From: Batkoa obscura
Lineage: Eukaryota
DNA length: 64,000 nucleotides
Direction: 5' to 3'
Assembly: GCA_030770535.1 (NCBI GenBank)
Contig: JASVEC010000012.1
Location: 744,001-808,000 of the forward strand
Shown: positions 1 to 11,137 of the stretch, one piece after another
Layout of the letters: every line of letters begins with the position of its first letter
Numbering within the stretch: position 1 is the first letter of the stretch
The notes under the pieces: generated by a model
Told to the model about the DNA's origin: nothing
What the model saw: the letters and a program-made list of their open reading frames with translations, nothing else
The model's database searches: none
Position numbers and translations under genes: made by a program

Positions 1-212
1 CAAAAGATTTATTAGAAACGAAAGACGATGTAAAAGAAGAGGAAAACACAGTGAATGATATAAACAATAATAAAGGAATGTGTTCTTCTTCTTCAACGAA
101 TCAATTAAATAACAATTTGGATCCAAATGTAACTTCTTTTTCAAATAGAATGTTAGATGGATTAATTTTAATTCTACTTGTATTAATTTTAAGTTTATGG
201 CTTAAATTATAA
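1..212 (+). CDS. 3' end of a gene running in from the left; tail-anchored membrane protein (possibly Ubc6/UBE2J-type E2)
   Basis: Open frame from nt 3: KDLLETKDDVKEEE...RMLDGLILILLVLILSLWLKL* (TAA 210-212), ending in a C-terminal hydrophobic anchor. Family assignment is a guess from the tail only. Confidence 0.55.
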   Translation, partial: KDLLETKDDVKEEENTVNDINNNKGMCSSSSTNQLNNNLDPNVTSFSNRMLDGLILILLVLILSLWLKL

Positions 213-215
213 TTA

Positions 216-1440
216 TTAAATAGTTATAAGTAATATATCTTCTTCATTATTATTTAAATAATTTAAAATATAAATATGATTTATATATGGTAATATATAA
301 TCTAATAAATTATTTAAATAATTTAATTGATTTTCAGTTAATTCTTCTAAATTAATATGTTGTTTTATAAATTTTAATAATGATATACAATTTTCAGATG
401 ATTGTTGTAATTGTTTACTAAATTTAATAGCAAATGAAGTACCTATAAAATAATTATTAAGTTAATTTAACAATTTAAATAAAACTCAATTTTAAATTTA
501 CCTGTAAATGTAATATCTTTTTCAGTTCCTATTCTATTACATCCAATAATAATAATCTCTTTTTCTAATTCCTTTAATAATGGAGATAATCGAAACAGCC
601 AATAAAATAAATTGAAATAAAATAACTTATCAGATAATATCCAGTTCATTGTAATAATGATAATTTCAGTTTTCATTTCATGATGATAAGTAGCAAATTC
701 ATATTTCATAAAAGAATCTAGTTCATTAGAATTATTCAAATCCATACAAATACCAATCCCTAGTTTCTTTTGTTGATAATAAAAAGTGGAAAATGAAGGT
801 CCACTCATAGCCCATCGTTCATCAATTAAATATAAGAAATGTTTTTGATAATGATGCAATATCATTCCATTAGAATCAATTACAACACAACTATTATAAT
901 AATTTTTAGTAGATATATTTTTTTCTGGGAAACTTAAAATTAATGTAATATTATATTGTTTTGCTATAAATAATAAAAAATTGATTATTAACAATAAGAA
1001 TAATAACTATTTTTTAAATATAAAATAATACCTAATTTGATTCCCCAACTCACGTTCTTTCCTTTCCATAAAAGTTTTATTGGATCATATAAATCGACAT
1101 ACGCTTTGATGTCATCTTGATTTTCAAACATATAACCTTCAATAAAAGATCAATATATATAAAATAATGAAATAATAATTTACCAGTTAAACTCATTTCA
1201 GGTAAAATAAGAATATCTGGTAACTCAATTAAACTAAATATTTATTAATTTATAATTTATAATTTATAATTTATTTTTAGTATTATGTTATAAATTAATT
1301 ACTTTTGTATCATGTATTCTACTTTTTTACAATTTAATTCAATCTCTTTAAATTGAATATCATATTGTAAACATGCTATAATTTATTATTAAATTAAATA
1401 TTAACTTTCTATTTTTTAAATTAAATCTACCAATTTTCAT
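216..1440 (-). CDS. NTA1: Protein N-terminal Asn/Gln amidase (carbon-nitrogen hydrolase family), multi-exon
   Basis: Spliced by eye: MKIACLQY...PDILILPEMSLTGY...YYNS...YQKHFLY..DERWA...GIGICMDLN...CNRIGTE..ITFTGTS. The E-K-C nitrilase triad and Nta1-like motifs are present; ATG at 1438-1440, GT-AG introns. Confidence 0.85.
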
Positions 1441-1577
1441 ATTAAATAATACAAAATAAAAAACAAAAGTAAAAAACTCAGTGACATTAAAAATAAAATT
1501 CAACCAATTAAATAAAACTTCAAAACTAAATTTCAATATTTTAACAAATTTTTATTAGAATCTTGACTTTATAAAGA

Positions 1578-3752
1578 CTAAATATATTTGGATTCTTTAC
1601 TAAAATTATTTAAAAATAATTCCTTAATATATTCCGTTAAATCTGGATGATTTTCAATAAATCTTAATAAAGCTAAACAAGACTATACATAAAAAGATTA
1701 ATTAAATTAACTTATAATAATATTAAAATTAAAATTACCTCTTTATAACAAATAAACAATCTAGCTTCATATTGACTTCGTGCATGTTCAATACAAGCTT
1801 GATAAGTTTCAGCTGCTTCTCTAGTTTGATATAAATAAGCATATGTTTGTGCTAAACTAGCTTGGACTAAATCTGATCTTGGATCCACTAAATAATAAAT
1901 TAATAAAATATTATATTAATTTTAATAAATATAAAAACTAATTTATAAAATTAACTTACATTCTACTGCTTTTAAAAGGAAATGATTAGCTTCTTGATAT
2001 TGTCCATGATCAATATGGATAATTGCTTTATTAATAAGGGGTAAAGGGTATTTATCGTCCAATTCAATAGATTTATTTAATTCTTCATTAACTTTATCGA
2101 AATCTCCTAAAGTCAATAACATTTCTGCGTAATAGTTATGAGCTTCAGCTGAATTTTTATGCGTTAAAATTAATTGATCATAAATTTTTCGACTTTCTTC
2201 TTGTTGACCAGCTTTAAAATAAGCTACTCCTAATTGAATATATGCTAATAAATAATTAGGATCAATTTCTAAAGCTAATTTATATAATTCAACACTTCCA
2301 TCACAATCTCCAGAAGCAAATAATAATTGGGCCAATTGATAAATTACATTTTTATTTCTTGGTTCTATTTCTTTAGCTTCTAATATTAATTTTATTGCTT
2401 CATCATAATGACCTCTTTCTAATACTAGATACGATTTTAGTATATAACATCTTATATTCTTAGGATCATTTAATAAAACATTATCGATATCATTAATTGC
2501 TTCATCATACATTTGCATTAAAAAGTAATAAGCAGATCGATAAACAATAGCTTCATTTTTATATGTAGTTCCACTAGTTATATATTGTTGTAATTGTTCA
2601 TATGCTAATTCGTAATTTCTATTTTTTAAATTATTGATAGCTGATAAATAAATTTCATCTGTCTTTTCTTTAACCTTAATACTTTCTTGAGCATCTAATT
2701 AATAATATTATTAATATTATATTAAAATTAAATCTAAACTTACCCATTCCAAATGCATTAAAAAACGAAATAATTAATGAAGTAGATGGTACTCCTGGTG
2801 TTTTATCCTATTTAACTATTATTACTAATATCATATCTCTTTTGTAATTTAACTTACTTTATATAACAATTCTGCTTCTCTTTCAGCAATAAGATCAATA
2901 GCTTTACTAGCACTTTCTTTGGCTTGTAAATTAGTAGCTTTAGAGAGTACATATACCGTAACATAATCTAAAAAAAAGAAAATTTAATATCCCTTTTTCC
3001 AATATTAAAAACAAGTAAATCAAACTTACCATCCAAAGCTTCTCTAGTATGTTCTAAAGCATCAAAAGCATGAGCTCTTCTTGCATAAGCTTTAATATAT
3101 TTATTATCTAATTTAATAGCATTACTACAATCTTCAATAGTTTGTTGATGATTATCTAAATTAGCATGACAAGCTGCTCTATTGGCATAAAAGATGGGAT
3201 TTAAGGCAAATTCTAATGCTTTGCTATAAGTAGAAATTGCTGATTTGATTTTTTTTTCTCGAAATAAATTATTTCCTCCTTCTTTTAAGACTTGAGAACA
3301 ACTCTCTTTTTGCTAGTGCAACAGTTAATATGTTCAATGTTTAGCATTTATTTATTTATTTATCTTACTTGTAAGCTTAAACTATTAATTTCATCGGATT
3401 TCATTGTATAAGCCAATTTAAACTCTTCTAAATTACCTTCTTTTAAAGTTGGAGTTGGGATGACTTCTTGTAATAAAGGTTCATATACTGTATCTGAAAT
3501 AGTGGTTTAAATTTTTTGTTTACTTTGAATAATTAAAATTTTAATGTATTTACCTAGCTTATCCTTCTTTTTCCCTTTTAGTTTATTTTTTTTATCACTT
3601 GGTGGTCTCGTTGAATAATACAAAGCAGATACACCTAAACCAGCTAATGCTACGGTGGTCACTATACCAGCATAAAACTTCCAATCTTGATTTTTAAGTT
3701 TGTCAAGCCAGCTGTCGGATGTAGTTGTAATTATAGATGAATTGTTTTCCAT
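1578..3752 (-). CDS. TOM70: Mitochondrial outer-membrane import receptor Tom70 (N-terminal anchor + TPR repeats), multi-exon
   Basis: N-terminal TM segment (FYAGIVTTVALAGLGVSALYY) followed by a basic KKK stretch; clamp TPR (LKEGGNNLFR..PIFYANRAACH...YIKAYARRAHA); multiple C-terminal TPRs in ORF 1943..2518. Confidence 0.88.
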
Positions 3753-4481
3753 ATTGAATAATCTTTAGTTTTTTTCTATGAATATATTGCGTAGTTTGTA
3801 TTTTTCTTTTTATTGAAAAATAAAATAAAATTAATTTCGATGCTTTTTTTTGTTCTTGTAAATTCGATCCTGTTTGTTAAAGTAAAATTTTTTTGAAGGT
3901 GGTATGACCTCATTATTTAAGAATTTTTGAAGAATTTAAATTCTATAACATTCAAAAATAATAAGAGATTTAATAGTTTATAAATTAGTTGAAATTATAA
4001 TATATTTTATATTAGTGTATTTTAAAAAAAACTCATTTTACTAATAAATGATATTAAAACTAAAGTCCTAAAATCATTAACTTGAAGAAATCATAATCTA
4101 CGTCTCAAACTCTTAATAGTTTAAAAAAAATTTAGAGTTTTTAACAATTTAAAATCGTGTTTTAGTGGCAATTTAAAGTTTAGTCTATTATTCCAAATAA
4201 AACGCCCATCTATTTTAATTAAGATTTTACTGTTAAACAAATTTAAAAAAACTAAATTCTAAGAAAATTTTATATTACTAAAAATGAAGTATGATCAACC
4301 TTTTAAAAATCATAAAAGAGAGAGTTTAAATTCTAAACTCTAGAGATATGTAATAAAACTAGTCGAAAATTATATATAGTCAAAGAGTATATAAATAAAA
4401 ATCAATATTAAAAGAGATTAAATTTTATACTCCAATTTCTCTATAATTAATTAATTAGTTAGTTTAAACTTATCTAAAAAT

Positions 4482-5024
4482 ATGCTATTTCTTTCGTTAT
4501 TTCTCAACTCCATTTCGGCTCAATTATTACCTAATTTCATTACCCCAATATCCAGCTTAGAAACTTCATTTTCTTTATCTTCTACTATCATTAATTATTC
4601 AAATCCCACATCATCTTTAGGATCCTCACTTACTTTACCTACTCCAACAATTCATTACTCTTATCTTTCCACTTCTGATCTATCTCAATTAGCTACTAAA
4701 ACGATATATGTAGCTACGCCCATTTATTTAACCTCAGATGGTCAACAAGAGTATTTGAAAGTATTAAATTCCGACTTAAATCAATTATATCCACAAGGTA
4801 TTTATTATAAAAATTTATTAAAAGAAAAAGAAGGTTCTGGAATTGGGAATAAGGTAATTGAAGAAGAAAAGAAAGAAGTGAAAGCAAAAGGAAATAAATT
4901 GATTGTTGGTACTAATTTACCTAAAATTGATTTGAGCTCCCAATTACCTCAATTTATTAATAAGATACAAGAGAACAATAATAATAATAATAATACAGCA
5001 ACAACAACAGTAGCTAAAAAATAA
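4482..5024 (+). CDS. Small secreted Ser/Thr-rich hypothetical protein
   Basis: 180-aa intronless ORF with signal-peptide-like N-terminus (MLFLSLFLNSISA-Q) and S/T-rich N-half. Confidence 0.6.
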   Translation: MLFLSLFLNSISAQLLPNFITPISSLETSFSLSSTIINYSNPTSSLGSSLTLPTPTIHYSYLSTSDLSQLATKTIYVATPIYLTSDGQQEYLKVLNSDLNQLYPQGIYYKNLLKEKEGSGIGNKVIEEEKKEVKAKGNKLIVGTNLPKIDLSSQLPQFINKIQENNNNNNNTATTTVAKK

Positions 5025-5305
5025 TTTAAATAACAAATTGGCTTCGCTTCTTAGCTCTTTTTAAATATTTCATTTTAATATACTATCATTTTTTAATCTA
5101 ATAATAATAAAATTATAACATATATATAAAAAAATAGTAACTTTCTTTTATTTTTTATTTTATTAAAAAAAATAGTACTATATTTATATAAAAAAGAACA
5201 TTTATAAGCTATGAATTTATACTTTTAAAAATTTATAAAATGAAGGATAAAATCTCTGAATAAAAGATAGGCCACTTAAATAAGCTGTTATATTGAATAT
5301 TGAAT

Positions 5306-6648
5306 TTATACTTTTAATATTTGTAAAACATTGGACATGATCTCTGGATGTAAATTGGGAATTTCAAGCAACTCAGTAAGTTTCAAATTAATATTAATTA
5401 TCCAAGAAAAAGTAGGATATTTTAAATATACTTGATAAATAGAATTTAATGCTCTTAATATCATTTTATTAAGTATATCATTTAAACCTAATTCAATATA
5501 TTGTTGTTGATTACTTAATCTTAATAAACATTGAATTAATAATAATAAATTAAATAATACTTGTTTCACTTTAACTTCTACTTTTTGTTCATTATTAAAT
5601 GGTAATAAAATTAAAACATTATTTAATGCCATTAATAAATATTGTAAAAAGGTTAATCTTTCTTCATCAAAATAATTCATATTCGTATAATTTTCGTTTT
5701 GATATAATATTATTTTTTCAATGGAATTATTAATAGATTGTAAATATTGTAACATATAATAATGATATTGTTCTTGATTTAATATCGTACGATGTTGATC
5801 CCAAGTAGATAATTTAACAAAACATTCTAATGCTAAAGAAGGATATAATGAATTATTATTATTATTATTATCATTATTATTATCCATAGGTAAAAATTCC
5901 ATCATTAATTGTAATATCATTATTATAATTGAACTAGATATATTGAACTCAATTTTAAAAAATTCCATTATATTAGAAAATAATGTAATACTATGTTTTT
6001 TTAATTCTAAATTATATTCTAATTCTATTTTTGGCAATTGATTATATAATAAGATTAATTGTAATACTTCAATAGAATTAGCTAAATAACTTTGATTAAT
6101 TGGTATAAATGATAAATTCCTTAATATTAATAAAATTCCTAAGGATCGATTAACTCTTAATTTAATATCTTCCTTTAGTCCTATTTTTAAATCTAATAAA
6201 TCATTAGATAAATTATTTAACAATTGAAAATAATTTATTGATTTTATATTATTGTTATTATATTGATTATTTAAATAATTATAATCTTCTTTTAATAAAC
6301 AATATAATACATGTAATAATCGTTGACAATTTAATAGAGATAATTCTACTTCTTGAGATAAATAAATTAATGTATTAATGGAATTATTAATTTCAATTTG
6401 TTGATTACTTTGTAAACTCATAGTAATTTGATGAATTTTAATAATTTGACCGGAACTAATATTAAATATATCTTCTTTATTTTTATTGTAACTAAATAAA
6501 TTTAAATTAATACCACCATATGTTTCTAATTTTCTAATAAATGGTACGTAATCGTATGGTACAATTCGTTCTTCTTTAAAATTATTATTATTATTATTAT
6601 TATTGTTATTAACTGTTTTTGAATCCTTAATTTGTAGATTATTTAACA

Positions 6649-6733
<85 letters not shown>

Positions 6734-6978
6734 TCCTTGATTATTCGTTGGATTTAATAAAGTTGAATTGATTGGATTATATAATGGTGTTTTTGGATTT
6801 AACAAATTATTAACATTATGTTTATTATTATCTAAATTTAAATTCAAATTTTGTGTTGAATTCTTTCGAATTTGTTCATTTTGAATCGAATTTTTCCTTA
6901 ATTGTTCATTTTGCATTGATATCATTTTATCATCATTGGTTAATAGTTGGCTTAATTTATTATTATAATTGAATTTCA

Positions 6979-7021
<43 letters not shown>

Positions 7022-9015
7022 GTCCATTGTAATTGGCGGTCTAAAGATAGATTTATTTAACTGTGGTATTTTATCCGAATTATTTTGATTTAACACATTA
7101 GGGATATTTGGTATATTATTAAATGTATTTGAGTTCTAATAAAATAATATTAATTTATATTATCTTAAATACTAATTATAATTTTACCTGTTGTTGTTGT
7201 TGTTGTTGTTGTTCATTTTGATTATTAACATTGGGTTTAACTGGCCCTATATAAACATTAAAAAGTGAATTAAAAAATAAAAACAATAAATTACCTTCTT
7301 GTTTAATAACACTAAAATCCGGATAAGCAATTTGTTCTAATTTGAACAAATATTTCATATAAATGGGCTTAATCTTGGAACTTACTTTTTTAGGTTCAAT
7401 ATTAAATTCTAAAGAATTATGAACATTGGACCATAATCGACTTCGTCCAACAGCATGAATCCCTTTTAATGATATTATTGTAATCCATAATTTATGTAAA
7501 TCTAAGTCTTCTCCAAATACTGAGATTTTCTTTTCATTATCATATCCTGTTAGTGTTTTAATATAAGCATAAAATTGACCTTTATCATTGATACATTGAG
7601 ATCGTATTAATTCAATATCATAACCTCCATCTGGTTTTGTAGGTAATATGTTTTGTATATCTTTAGCTTGAACTTTATTTTCATTTTTAATTTCCATTGG
7701 TAATTTCGGTGTTAAATTCGAACTACTTTTAGGCAAATAACCTTGAAAGGCATTATTAAGATTCAGTGACATTAGTGGACGTGGAGTAGAAACATTAGAA
7801 TTATTTAATGAATTAGTACGTGATTTTTGGTATTGAAGTATCTCTTGATTATATCCTTTTTCATTATTGTCTCGATTATTATCTATTAAATTAGGATTCA
7901 TTCCCATTGTATTATTCATTAATTTTGGTTGTGGATAAGGATAATTTCTCATATTATTGTTAATGTTATTATAATAATCTTGTTTTATGTATTGCATTCG
8001 ATTGAAATTATTATTATTCATCATAGCAACTTGAGCTTGTTGTTGAGCTTGTTGTTGAGCAAAATTGGGGTTAAATGAAGTCAAATTATTATCTAATGGA
8101 CGAATATTTGGAGTAAGAGCATTAGATAGCTTAGCTTGATAAAGGTTTTCCAAGTTAGGGTTATTGAATGTTCTTATTTTATTTGGTGAATTTAAATTGG
8201 ATAAACCTTGAAATTCTAAATTATTTCTTTGAGATTTATTAAATTGATTCATTGATTGATCATACTCACTATTATTAATGTTATCATTGACTTTGATGGG
8301 ATTATTTGATTGATAATTATTGATGTAACTCTGTTGAGTGTTATTTTGATCCGTAAATGAACTATTAGCACTATCATTTAACTTATTCATCTTTTCTTGA
8401 TTTTGTGTATATTCGTTATTAAAATTTCCCATTTCAATATTTTGAAAATTATTCATATTATCTATACCTACACCATTATATTGATAGTTTAATGAGTTAT
8501 ATCCTTGTTGCAAGTCATTGATATTAAATGAAGCATCTAATTGAAGATTAATTATTAATACATTTAAAAAATTGCTATAAAAAATTACCTTTATTTAAAT
8601 TTGCTGGATTGTTAAAGTTAAAATTTTGTGAATTCAGATTCAAATTATTATTAAACTTATCCTTATCACCTTCTGGTAGCATTTGATCTTCGTTTAAAAT
8701 ATTACCACTATTCATATTCATCATATTTAAATTTTGGTCTCTATTTTGAATATTCATATTCCAAGTGGTATCTTGGTTATCAAATTGATTATTTTGATTT
8801 AATAAGTTGTCATTTTGATACATTGAATTGGGGCCATTAGTATAATTTTCGTTATTAAAGTCCGTGGGATAATTTAATACATTAATATTTTGATTTTGAT
8901 TCTGATTTTGATTTTGATTTTGATTTAAATTTGGATTCATTGTTGGAGTTTGATTCATATTCATCATATCATACCCACCATACAAACCTTGACTATAATT
9001 ATAATTAGAATCCAT
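5306..9015 (-). CDS. SWI1: ARID-domain SWI/SNF subunit (Swi1/ARID1-like) with N/Q-rich low-complexity regions; about 4 exons
   Basis: ARID motif (GEDLDLHKLWITIISLKGIHAV..SRLWSNV...YMKYLFKLEQ); C-terminal BAF250-like region (YGGINL, ITMSLQS, ILRNLSFIPINQSYLA). ORFs 8575-9015, 7176-8513 and 5306-7096 are joined by short GT-AG introns. Confidence 0.8.
6650..6733 (-). repeat. (AAT)n microsatellite encoding about 28 Asn inside the SWI1-like gene
   Basis: Perfect TTA/AAT run; shorter runs at ~6980-7020 and ~6582-6610. Confidence 0.95.
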
Positions 9016-9639
9016 AAACTCAATTCGTGTTCTTTAATTGAGAATTATTACGTTGATATTGAAACTAAAAGTTGTATTTTTTATTTACTTGAATTCAAAC
9101 TTAATTTTTCATTTTGATTTGTTAATTTTCATTTCAACTCATTTTATAGATCCAATCATTCACTTAATATTGACAAAATTTTCAATATCTATTTTCTTGA
9201 ACGAATCAATTTGATTAATACTTCGCTTAATTATGGGAGATGTTCTTCAAATTTCTTCAAATTTCAATCAAGCATTGAACACAACTTCTAATAATTTAAT
9301 CAGTGATTTATTTTCAATAAAATCAATAATTATTATCAACCCTATAATTAGGTAAATGAAATAACGTGTTTTTTGTATACGGTGTCATTTTAGTAGTTAA
9401 AAAACCGAATTTCTAATTAGTAAAGCTTTGTTTTTTTATTCTTTAGTAGTATAAAGTTCAAAAATAAATGTTATTAAAATTTATTACTTTGTTTTAATAA
9501 GCTTAAATATGATACTTGATCTATTTTATTTCAAAATGTTCTAAATTTATTCTAAATTTAATAAAAATTGTATATTAGTAAGTTTAAAAGTTTGGTTCAA
9601 ATTGAAAATTAATATTTTCAATTTCATTTTTTGTTTATT

Positions 9640-9739
9640 TGGGGATGTATTTTTGTGTTTAAGAATTTTACTAAGAATTTTTCCGCTGAAATAGCACTTA
9701 AAAGATGGAAAAAGTAATGAAGCCAAAAAAAACACTCCA
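9640..9739 (+). mobile_element. ~100-bp MITE copy 1
   Basis: TGGGGATGTATTTTT...AAAAAAAACACTCCA termini; internal sequence shared with 5 other copies in the window. Confidence 0.75.
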
Positions 9740-9962
9740 TTTCCTGTAATATATTTTGAAAAATATTAAGTAGCTTAATAAAAAAATTCCATAAGTTATT
9801 TAAAGTTAAATAAATTAGTATCAAGCTTTAAAATAACACATATTTGAAAAATTTGAAATTAAAAATATAATAAAAAAAACTAAATTATTTAAAAAAATAA
9901 ATAAAGATCTGTTTAACTATAAATTAACTTCAATAAAAGGCTTTAATTATACTTATAATATA

Positions 9963-10064
9963 TGGGGATGTATTTTTTTGATTTCATCACTTTTTCTATT
10001 TTTAAGCGCTATTTAAATGGAAAAGCTATTAAGTAAAATTTTTAAACAAAAAAATATATCCCCA
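9963..10064 (-). mobile_element. ~100-bp MITE copy 2 (inverted relative to copy 1)
   Basis: TA-TGGGGATGTATTTTTT ... AAAAAATATATCCCCA-TA; internal sequence is the reverse complement of the other copies. Confidence 0.8.
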
Positions 10065-11137
10065 TATATTTTAATAGTTTTACTATTTTTTTCAAAAATT
10101 TTATTAAAACGCTTATTTTTTTTATATAAGTTAGTTTAAAAGCTTGGTTTGATTGTTATTCAATTTAAATTTTAATAAAATTATAAATTAAGCATATTAA
10201 AATTGAAAGGATTTTAACCAGTTAAATCTAAGTGCCCATGGGGTTAGATCTTTGCGAATTAAGCACAAGATGCTAAAAATCAATTATTTTTTTGTCCAGT
10301 ACTTGTTTAATATCTTTTTCAAAATTTACGCTACATGGAAAATGGACAAAAAAAGCGAAGTGGGAAATTCTATCCTCAATTTTAACCAAACTTTTAAACT
10401 TAACTTATATAAACCTGTGTAGAGCGTTTTAATTATCCATTTATTTTAATGTCATTTAGATAGTTTAAAAATATAATTCATTTGGTAAAGGAAAAACTTT
10501 TAAAAATTTGATATGTATAAACACTCAAAACCTTTGACAATCTTTTTAAATAGTTTTGAGATAGATTGATTACTTTAACTCTATACTTTTAACTGTAAGA
10601 CTCAGTGATAGTATATTTTTACTCATTAAATTATACAAAATAAGTACTAAAATAGAAAACGCAAATACATTTATTTGTTTTTTATTTATTTTATGAATTT
10701 AAAGTTAAGTTTGGTGTATAGTTTTATTAGGATAGGTTGATATTAAAAAAAGTTTAATATCAAAAGTCCAATAAACTAGAGCATTATTTACAATAAGACT
10801 TACGATATAAGCGACTTAAAAGAGTATAATTATTTTTAAAATGAGATTTATTTTTATCAAATACTCACATTATAAAGCTGAATTTTCTTGCTGAATTTTT
10901 TGAAGTTTCATAGCCTATAATATTTTAATTTTAAAATAATAGCCAAAATTGAAATTAAATGTATTTTCTGCCTAAATTTAAGAATTTAAAGAAGCCTATT
11001 TTCTTTAATGGCCCTAAAATATCAATTCCCATTCATAAAAATACATAATAATCATGTTAAAAATAAGTAAAATTTATTCAAATCTATGAAATAGTAAAAA
11101 CGATTTAAGATTTAATCTATTTATTTATGGAAACCAT

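Noticed and set aside
9547..9824. Two short ORFs (62 and 66 aa)
   Set aside because: They overlap MITE copy 1, have AT-rich non-coding composition and non-ATG starts.
10288..10354. Inverted repeat TTTTTTGTCCA ... TGGACAAAAAA
   Set aside because: Only about 11 bp, mostly homopolymer, single occurrence; compatible with chance.
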